Made by a program: the position numbers and the translations under genes. From an uncultured Verrucomicrobiae bacterium (lineage in GTDB: Bacteria > Verrucomicrobiota > Verrucomicrobiia > Limisphaerales > UBA11358): a stretch of DNA of 64,000 nt. Where the stretch lies: the NCBI GenBank assembly GCA_963714695.1, contig CAVQPQ010000008.1:180656-244655 (forward strand), written 5' to 3'. This document shows, in pieces, positions 17,115 through 23,807 of the stretch. The notes beneath the pieces are model-generated. The model saw only the letters and a program-made list of their open reading frames with translations. It was not told the DNA's origin and searched no databases. Position 1 is the first letter of the stretch, and the number at the start of each line of letters is the position of its first letter.

Positions 17115-18179
17115 ATGAACGAAGAACATGAATTCAAACTTGAAAATGACTCCGTGCAATCTCTGGGGGGTAAAGCGCGGGCGGAAAAGCTTTCCAAACG
17201 GGACAGGGTTGAAATTGCACGAGCGGGGGCAGAGGCAAGGTGGGCAAAGCATCCAGATCGGCCACGATTGCCAAAAGCCACCCATGCCGCGCCATTGAGG
17301 ATTGGAGAGGCTACAATTGATTGCGCTGTCTTGGAGGATGGAACACGGGTTATCAGCCAAAGCAGCTTCTTGCGGGCGATAGGACGCTCTACAAGGCCAG
17401 CGGCGGGGCAAGGAAGCACTACATTGAACCGCGCCGTCGAAGAGAGCGTTGGCATCGAAGAAATGCCTCCTTTTCTGCCTTCAAAGAATCTTAAACCGTT
17501 TATCAGCAATGACTTAATGTTGTCGAAGAATCCAATTGCATATAAACCCCTGGCGGGGGGGCGAATTGCCTTTGGCTACAAGGCTGAAATTCTCCCAATG
17601 GTCTGTTACGCCTATATTGATGCGAGCAAGGCGGGAGTAATCCTAAAAACGCAAGCCCATGTTGTGCGGGCGGCGGAAACAATTATTCGCGGTTTGGCAA
17701 CCGTTGGTATCATCGCCCTGATTGACGAAGCCACTGGTTATCAAAAGGTGCGTGATCGTCTGGCTTTGCAAAAAATCCTCGATGCTTATCTGCGAAAGGA
17801 ATTGGCAGCCTGGGCAAAAAGATTCCCAAATGAGTTTTACGAAGAAATGTTTCGATTGCGAAATTGGCAGTGGAACGGAATGTCAGTCAAACGCCCCGGA
17901 TTTGTCGGGAAACTGACAAATGATCTGGTTTATGAGCGGCTTGCGCCGGCACTGTTGGATGAACTTGAACGTAAAAACCCGGTGTTGGAAACAGGACACA
18001 GAAAATCACGTCATCATCAATGGTTGTCTGATGACATTGGAATTCCTGCATTGGCACAACACATTCACGCCGCCATTGCGCTGATGCGGGCGTCTGACAC
18101 CTGGTCAACCTTTTACGGGATGATTAACCGCGCCCTGCCGAAGAAACGAGGCCAGTTGCCGCTTTTGATTGAAGCCTAA
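17115..18179 (+). CDS. phage-type P63C-domain-like protein
   Basis: ORF 17106..18179. N-terminal GGKARAEKLSKRDRVEIARAGAEARWAK. Then PLRIGEATIDCAVLEDGTRVISQ and LIDEATGYQKVR...FPNEFYEEMFRLRNW...KRPGFVGKLTNDLVYERL. From memory this matches phage P63C-domain proteins. AT-richer than the flanking chromosome. Confidence 0.6.
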   Translation: MNEEHEFKLENDSVQSLGGKARAEKLSKRDRVEIARAGAEARWAKHPDRPRLPKATHAAPLRIGEATIDCAVLEDGTRVISQSSFLRAIGRSTRPAAGQGSTTLNRAVEESVGIEEMPPFLPSKNLKPFISNDLMLSKNPIAYKPLAGGRIAFGYKAEILPMVCYAYIDASKAGVILKTQAHVVRAAETIIRGLATVGIIALIDEATGYQKVRDRLALQKILDAYLRKELAAWAKRFPNEFYEEMFRLRNWQWNGMSVKRPGFVGKLTNDLVYERLAPALLDELERKNPVLETGHRKSRHHQWLSDDIGIPALAQHIHAAIALMRASDTWSTFYGMINRALPKKRGQLPLLIEA

Positions 18180-18200
18180 AGATTTTAGCATACAATCTCT

Positions 18201-19130
18201 TTATGGGCGAGCTGCCACATGGCCATTATTTTTATTCAGTAAAAGCACTGTGTGACTAATGATTTCCACTTTGGTGTAAGGACAACCATTATTAGTAACT
18301 TCAACGAAAAGTTCATTTACAAATGGTGTGTTTTCAAATACGTGGTTTTTAAATTTAATTGGGTCAATGTCTTTAATTCCATGTTTCGCCATACAGCTAT
18401 CCAATGCATTTTTCATTACACGTTTGTGATCAAAGCGTGTTTTCAAATAAGCGCGGGTACGGCGATGGCATATATTTTCAGCCACCCCATAGGTTTCCAG
18501 CCACCAATTATAGTACTTTTGAACGGTTTCCGTTGCTTGTTGGCTGATGAAATCCGCCTCGTTTTTAAAACATTCTGCCTCGTGTTCAAACGTAGCAATT
18601 GAAGCCTCAATTTGATATGTCGGGCAAAGCAGTTCATCTTCTTGATCGGGAGATGGTAATTGAATGGGACAAGAGACATCCCCTGTGGTTATGTCGAAAT
18701 TTTTTGCATATTGGTCTGCATATAATAACTCGTGTGCAATTGCTTCCGTTCGTGGCGCAATTGATTTCAACCATTCCGTTTTATTTTGATGGGGTGCCAA
18801 TGGTCGAAACCGGTCTCGATTAACACAAATATAGAACGCAAGTACCGGGTATTCACGAAAGCTGCCGTCCTTTTGCGAAACTTTTTTATTTTCCCCTTTT
18901 CTCCACCTATTAAAAAAGATCGTCGTCTTGGAACTGTGATTTGGAAAATAATCTTGGAAACTATATTCCAAAATTATCGGCTGAAAGTAAAACCCCCGCC
19001 CCCACGAACAATGCAGTTGCGTCATTATCATGCGATAACAACTTTTCCCTTCAAATTCCCGTTTTAGATCCTCCCCCAAAGGATTAGGGCAACATTGAAG
19101 CAATACTAAATGTGGGTCAAATTCCCTCAT
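18201..19130 (-). CDS. hypothetical protein (orphan, AT-rich islet)
   Basis: 309-codon ORF with clearly AT-rich codon usage. Cys/His/Trp-rich. No recognisable family. Confidence 0.55.
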   Translation of the reverse strand: MREFDPHLVLLQCCPNPLGEDLKREFEGKSCYRMIMTQLHCSWGRGFYFQPIILEYSFQDYFPNHSSKTTIFFNRWRKGENKKVSQKDGSFREYPVLAFYICVNRDRFRPLAPHQNKTEWLKSIAPRTEAIAHELLYADQYAKNFDITTGDVSCPIQLPSPDQEDELLCPTYQIEASIATFEHEAECFKNEADFISQQATETVQKYYNWWLETYGVAENICHRRTRAYLKTRFDHKRVMKNALDSCMAKHGIKDIDPIKFKNHVFENTPFVNELFVEVTNNGCPYTKVEIISHTVLLLNKNNGHVAARP

Positions 19131-19166
19131 AAAGGTGTTAATGAATTATCCTAACCTGAATGTAAC

Positions 19167-19195
19167 AAAAAGGCTTCCTTTTGGGAAGCCTTTTT
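19167..19195. terminator. bidirectional rho-independent terminator-like hairpin
   Basis: AAAAAGGCTTCC-TTTTG-GGAAGCCTTTTT. An 8-bp GC-containing stem is flanked by an A-run and a T-run. It lies downstream of the small ORF 19226..19435. Confidence 0.6.
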
Positions 19196-19225
19196 GTAAC
19201 AAAATTTATTTATTTTTATGGCCTG

Positions 19226-19435
19226 CTAAAAATCTCTTGTTTTAGAGTGTGCAGGCTTTGATATTTCAGATTGATAATCTGGTTCAATGGCGGCAATTGG
19301 CCCGTCAATGACCTTCTTTAAATCAGCCTGGGATATTGGCTGATTGTCAGCGCAGTGCATGGCAAATATCCCGTATTTGTTATCAGGAACGGGATGCGTG
19401 CAATTCTGTATGGGGTTTTTTGTCATATAGGCCAC
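19226..19435 (-). CDS. hypothetical small protein
   Basis: 69-codon ORF in the AT-rich islet, followed by the terminator hairpin. No family recognised. Confidence 0.35.
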   Translation of the reverse strand: MAYMTKNPIQNCTHPVPDNKYGIFAMHCADNQPISQADLKKVIDGPIAAIEPDYQSEISKPAHSKTRDF

Positions 19436-20174
19436 CTCCTCACCGAGTGTGCCTTCTTTGGTTTAGGTTTTTGTTTATTTTTCTATGGTTTTTCGACAAA
19501 TTATTCAGCAATTAACATGACTCCACGCACTTTCGGGCGTTGCAAATATAGCACACTTCCGAATTTAACGCAAATCGGGTACTGCGATTACAACATGCTT
19601 GACTCAAAAAGTCAACAAATTTTATTAACATTTTATTCACAAAATCACCTAATTTGAAGCATATTAAATACCACCAAAAAAGTATTTTAAAGTCAAATTT
19701 TAAAAATGGCCCAAAAGTGTCATATAATAAGGCATTTTAGTCATATTCAATACGTCTCAAATTTCTAAAACTTTCATTTCCTCGGCATTGGTTCGATTCG
19801 CCAATTGAACAAAATGTTCAAAAATACGCATCCAAAATGCATAAATCTGCAACTCTTGCTTCCGCCTCAGTCATCCAGATCAACGATCTCCCGATCAAAT
19901 GTCGGGACATTTCTGTCCCAAAATCGCTTCTGTTCCCCCGACCAACGGTGTGGCGGTGTAGAAAAATCCAGCACGCCCCGCCTCCATGACGGCAACGTAA
20001 ACCACCTTGCTAATTATGCAAATTAGAAATTTATATCGCTCTTTTTCCCCGCGTCAATCCAGAGGAAAACGATGCATTTTTTTTGGTTAAGTTCCTCTAC
20101 TGACCCCGGCAACAAAGCAACCGAGCAGCGCCAATATGGAGGGGATGGTATCCGCGCCCCCACGACCCATATGG

Positions 20175-21299
20175 TCAATTGAGAATCACTCTGGCAGCCC
20201 GGGCCAAGGCTTCCGCTTCCGCCGCTGTGCCAATCGTGATTCGCAGATAATTTCTCACCTCCGGTTGATTGAACCAGCGTACCAGGATTTTGCGGGCGCG
20301 CAGCTTTTGCAGCCATTCTTCCGCCGAAAATCGCGGCGGCTGGACAAGAATGAAATTCGTCTGGCTGGGTAAAACCCGGAAACCGAGTTTCGTCAACTCG
20401 CGACTTAATTCATCTCGCGTGGCGATGATCCTTTTGAAATTCGCCCGGTAATACGGCAGGTCGTCCAGCGCGGCTTCGGCGGCAATCTGGCCGAGGCCGT
20501 TCACGTTGTAACTGTCCCGAATCTTGTGCAGCGCGCCGATGAGTTCCGAGGGACCGACGAAATAGCCGACGCGCTGGAAGCACAGCGAATACGCCTTCGA
20601 GAAAGTTCGCGCCGCGAGCACGCGCGGATATTTCAGCGCCAGAGCCATCGCGTTCTCCTCCGCGAAATCCACATACGCTTCATCGAGCACGACGACGCCC
20701 TTGTGAGCGCGGCAGAGTTCGTCCAGTTCTTTGGTCGAGTAGCCGCGACCGCTCGGCGCATTCGGCGTGGTGACGAATGTCAAGGCCGCGCGAAAATCCC
20801 AAACCTTGCCGAGTTTCAATTCGCGCAGGGCCGGCAGGCTGAAATCCGGGTTGAGCGGCAGGGCGTTTTTCACCGCGCCATGGATGTCCGCCAGCACCGG
20901 ATACAGCGAGTAGCTCGGCGTGAAGTATTGGACCAACGACCTTGGACTTTGGACTTTGGACTTTAGACCCGGCTCGGCGAAGCCGCGCACCGCCAGCGCC
21001 AGCAATTCATCCGAGCCGTTGCCCGCGATGACATTCTCCGGCTGGCAGCCATGCAACTTCGCCAGTTTTTCCCGCAACCGCTCCGCCGTCGGGTTCGGAT
21101 ACAGCCGCAACCGCCCGTCCACCGCCGCCTTGACCGCCGCCAGCACCTTCGGTGACGGCGGATACGGATTCTCGTTGGTGTTGAGTTTGATCAACCCTTT
21201 GATCTTCGGCTGCTCGCCATAGACGTAAGGGTGCAACTCCCGCACGAGCGGACGGATTAGCGATTGCGGATTGCGGATTGCGGATTGCGAATTAGGCAT
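20175..21299 (-). CDS. hisC: histidinol-phosphate aminotransferase
   Basis: Class-II aminotransferase. LNTNENPYPPSP and the PLP-lysine context RTFSKAYSL. The N-terminus (MPNSQSAIRNPQSAIRNPQS) is encoded by tandem heptamers, so the true start is uncertain. Confidence 0.9.
   Translation of the reverse strand: MPNSQSAIRNPQSLIRPLVRELHPYVYGEQPKIKGLIKLNTNENPYPPSPKVLAAVKAAVDGRLRLYPNPTAERLREKLAKLHGCQPENVIAGNGSDELLALAVRGFAEPGLKSKVQSPRSLVQYFTPSYSLYPVLADIHGAVKNALPLNPDFSLPALRELKLGKVWDFRAALTFVTTPNAPSGRGYSTKELDELCRAHKGVVVLDEAYVDFAEENAMALALKYPRVLAARTFSKAYSLCFQRVGYFVGPSELIGALHKIRDSYNVNGLGQIAAEAALDDLPYYRANFKRIIATRDELSRELTKLGFRVLPSQTNFILVQPPRFSAEEWLQKLRARKILVRWFNQPEVRNYLRITIGTAAEAEALARAARVILN
20929..20970. 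repeat. six degenerate heptads (TGGACTT type) inside hisC
   Basis: TGGACCA ACGACCT TGGACTT TGGACTT TGGACTT TAGACCC. Encodes LKSKVQSPRS on the hisC strand. Confidence 0.8.
21255..21296. repeat. tandem heptamer GATTGCG x4-6 at the hisC 5-prime end
   Basis: GATTAGC GATTGCG GATTGCG GATTGCG GATTGCG AATTAGG. Confidence 0.9.
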
Positions 21300-21308
21300 G
21301 GGTTCAAT

Positions 21309-21743
21309 TCAAATTACACACAGGTTTTCCATCTTGGCAAGGCATACGGCGGAAATGGGAATTCCATTGTCAAATGTCGCAAGCCTTCCGCCGTGCTTGC
21401 CCGCCAGCGCCAGCAGATAAAGATCGGTTAGTTGCCGCGAACTGTGAATGCGCTCCGCCATGAAAATTTTCTCGTCGCGTAACGAAACATCGTCCGGCCA
21501 GAATTCGTGATTGGTTTGCCCGGCAAATGTTTGCAACCTTGAAATCAAATCGCCCGGGGTGAAACGCGTGTGCTGGCTGTATCCCGGATTCGACATGATG
21601 CGAATGACGCCATTTTCCACGATCGGGCAGCTTGCCCATCCTGATTTTGCATTTCGCGCCCACCAATCGTGCGCCCGCTCATGGAACGCTTGGTCGGGAT
21701 CAAGCAACGCGATGACAACGTTTGCATCCAGCAAGGCGCGCAT
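21309..21743 (-). CDS. vapC: PIN-domain toxin (VapC family)
   Basis: MRALLDANVVIALLDPDQAFHERAHDWW. 144 aa. 3 nt downstream of the antitoxin ORF. Confidence 0.85.
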   Translation of the reverse strand: MRALLDANVVIALLDPDQAFHERAHDWWARNAKSGWASCPIVENGVIRIMSNPGYSQHTRFTPGDLISRLQTFAGQTNHEFWPDDVSLRDEKIFMAERIHSSRQLTDLYLLALAGKHGGRLATFDNGIPISAVCLAKMENLCVI

Positions 21744-21746
21744 GGA

Positions 21747-21986
21747 TTACACGCCCTCCTCGTCCTGTATTTTTTGCACGTGCTCCAAGGTTACCAGTTC
21801 CCCCCGGGAAGGCAGCACTGGAACGCCGCCGCGCAGGCCCGAACGATTTTTCCGCCCCGCCACCGGCATGACCAACCCGCGCCGCGCCAGGTCGGAAATC
21901 ACCTTTCCCGCCGTGCCCCCCTCGCGTTGCGCCAGTTCCTTTGCCGCCTGCAACACGTCATCCTCAATGTCCAAAGTCGTTCTCAT
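21747..21986 (-). CDS. vapB: VapB-type antitoxin
   Basis: MRTTLDIEDDVLQAAKELAQREGGTAGKVISDLARRGL, a typical small antitoxin paired with this PIN subfamily. Confidence 0.8.
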   Translation of the reverse strand: MRTTLDIEDDVLQAAKELAQREGGTAGKVISDLARRGLVMPVAGRKNRSGLRGGVPVLPSRGELVTLEHVQKIQDEEGV

Positions 21987-21993
21987 GTATCTG

Positions 21994-22022
21994 ATGTTAC
22001 TGCATCACCGCATCAATGTCAA
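21994..22022 (-). promoter_or_regulatory. putative sigma70-type promoter of VapBC cassette 3 (leaderless)
   Basis: Minus strand: TTGACA (22017-22022), 17-nt spacer, TAACAT (21994-21999), then 7 nt to the ATG at 21986. Confidence 0.5.
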
Positions 22023-22027
22023 AAGGT

Positions 22028-22120
22028 TTTTGATCTTCGGCTGCTCGCCCGGCACATGGCGTGCAGATCGCACACCAGCGGGCGGATCAAATTTTTCAAA
22101 CCGCTTTTATTCAACCACAT
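22028..22120 (-). pseudogene. degenerate second copy of the hisC 5-prime end
   Basis: Minus strand reads ATG TGG TTG AAT AAA AGC GGT TTG AAA AAT TTG ATC CGC CCG CTG GTG ... GAG CAG CCG AAG ATC AAA. About 45 of 63 nt match hisC codons LIRPLVRELHPYVYGEQPKIK (21198-21260), with a 1-nt gap that breaks the frame. Confidence 0.7.
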
Positions 22121-22152
22121 CGGAATCAATGCCGTGCCAGTCGCCTTGATTT

Positions 22153-23001
22153 TTATTTCACGGGTGGCTCAGGCGTCTCAGTTGCTACCGGTTGAGGTGG
22201 GGAATTGGTGGACGCATCAGGTTTCACTGCCGTCACGGTATCGGTTCCGGCAAGTTCATCAGGCAGAATGGTGATGGCAATGCGGCGGTTCCTGGCTCTT
22301 CCCTCGGCGGTCGCATTGTCGGCAAGAGGGCGATACTCGCCATAACCGATGGCCCCGACGCGGCGCGGATTCACGCCCGCCTTTTCGGTGAGGAAATGCA
22401 CGGCGGCCAGGGCGCGGGCGGTGGAAAGTTCCCAGTTGCTGGCGAACCGATTACGGGCTTCGGGCCGGATAGGCACGTTGTCCGTATGACCGATGACGTG
22501 AATCTTCAGTTGGGGATGTTCGGCGAGAAGTGCTGCAATCTTACGCATCACGGATTCCCCGGCTGGTTTCAAGATCGCCTCGCCGGAATCAAACATGACA
22601 CGGTCGAGGATGTTCACGGTGAGCTTGCCCTGCAGATTGGAGATGGTGACATCCTTGGATTCGAGGTCGGCGCGCATTTCATTTTCGAGGCCTTTTGCCA
22701 TCTGGGCGGCGGTGTCCTTTTCCTGTTCCAGATCGGCAACCTTGGATTGCAGGGCCGCAATCTGGTCTTTGTCCTTCTGGTTTTCGTCCCGGGCGCTGGC
22801 GAGGCTGGCGTTGGCATCATCCAGTTTGGTCCGGAGCGATTCCAGTCCGCGTTGTTTGCCCACGGCCGAGGCCCAGAGCAGCAATGACACAACCAACAGA
22901 ACGGCAAGGATGCCGGCGGCAATCCAGCCCCACCGGGAGGCGTCCGGGCCGCGTTTGGCCCTGGTCACATATTCAGTAAATGGTTGTTTGCCTTCGCTCA
23001 T
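22153..23001 (-). CDS. OmpA/MotB-domain membrane protein with coiled-coil linker
   Basis: ORF 22153..23277 trimmed to MSEGKQPF...WGWIAAGILAVLLVVSLLLW (TM). C-terminal OmpA-like HVIGHTDNVPI...SNWELSTARALA...GYGEYRPLADNATAEGRARNRRIAI. Confidence 0.8.
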   Translation of the reverse strand: MSEGKQPFTEYVTRAKRGPDASRWGWIAAGILAVLLVVSLLLWASAVGKQRGLESLRTKLDDANASLASARDENQKDKDQIAALQSKVADLEQEKDTAAQMAKGLENEMRADLESKDVTISNLQGKLTVNILDRVMFDSGEAILKPAGESVMRKIAALLAEHPQLKIHVIGHTDNVPIRPEARNRFASNWELSTARALAAVHFLTEKAGVNPRRVGAIGYGEYRPLADNATAEGRARNRRIAITILPDELAGTDTVTAVKPDASTNSPPQPVATETPEPPVK

Positions 23002-23170
23002 GTTGTGTCGGGTGGATTTAATCAGACCGCCCCGGACCGTCCAAGCGAAGAATCTTCCCTTCGGATTCCAGCCTTTCAACTCGCACCCAACAGCCAGATC
23101 AAGAAGTGGCAGCCGACGCAAGCGTCCGGCATGAGCGCGCCCGCGCCCGACACGTTTGCCAGGATAGATA

Positions 23171-23452
23171 CTACCCCTTGCCTCGCCGCACTTGTTCCTT
23201 TTTCTCCTCCAATTCGGCCTGAAGTCTTTTTCGTTCGTTGACCAGTTGTTGCTGGAGCGTCCCGGCTTTTTCGGCATCTACCGCCGCCGCGGCTTTTGTG
23301 ATTTCGTCCCGCAACGCGATTTCGCGTTCGGCGATTTTCGCGGCGTATTTGGAATCCATCTCCGCGAGCTGTTTTTTCTGCGCGCCGGTGAGTTTGGCGG
23401 CGGGAGCTGCCTTGTTAAGCCTTTCCATGGCGAGTTCGTAGGCGGTCTTCAT
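23171..23452 (-). CDS. hypothetical small coiled-coil protein
   Basis: 93-codon ORF, Lys/Glu/Ala-rich. Preceded by GATTGCG heptamers in its leader. Confidence 0.45.
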   Translation of the reverse strand: MKTAYELAMERLNKAAPAAKLTGAQKKQLAEMDSKYAAKIAEREIALRDEITKAAAAVDAEKAGTLQQQLVNERKRLQAELEEKKEQVRRGKG

Positions 23453-23454
23453 TC

Positions 23455-23482
23455 GATTTCAGATTGCGGATTGCGGACTGGT
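23455..23482. repeat. tandem heptamer GATTGCG (2 perfect + 2 degenerate units)
   Basis: GATTTCA GATTGCG GATTGCG GACTGGT, immediately upstream of the ORF start at 23452. Confidence 0.8.
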
Positions 23483-23807
23483 CGCGTCGTTGCGTCGCGC
23501 CCGCAAGGTCATGCGATCCGATCCGCACACTAACGCAGGTTGGCCTTCCAACACAAGCGGCGCGTGCCGGCAAAATAATTTTACCTGCTGCGCCAAACAT
23601 ATAAACTTGACTTATTGAATTTGTTAGCGAATAAAAATCAATCCTAGCTTGCGTCACAACATGTTTGAATCCAATCACATATATCACTGATTAGAGTTTG
23701 ACACATTCGCTATTCGTAGCTTACCTTGATAAGGCAATGGCGTCGCGCTGATTTGTCTTCAGCCGCCGGTCCACTTTGCACCGCATAAATTATTAACTTT
23801 AAAGTCC

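Noticed and set aside
19785-19806. tRNA-like T-loop (GGTTCGATTCG) as a possible tRNA fragment or att site at the islet edge.
   Set aside because: The flanking bases do not form a 5-bp T-stem. No acceptor stem or CCA context is present, and no matching direct repeat exists at the other islet boundary.
21255-21296. Heptamer and decamer tandem arrays as CRISPR arrays.
   Set aside because: The units are 7-11 nt and directly abutting, with no unique spacers. The arrays are only 3-6 units long, and no cas genes are nearby.
23560-23800. Promoter calls in the AT-richer korA upstream region (TTGACT at about 23606, TTGACA at about 23697).
   Set aside because: Both -35-like hexamers lack a convincing -10 at 16-18 nt spacing. 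I left them unannotated.
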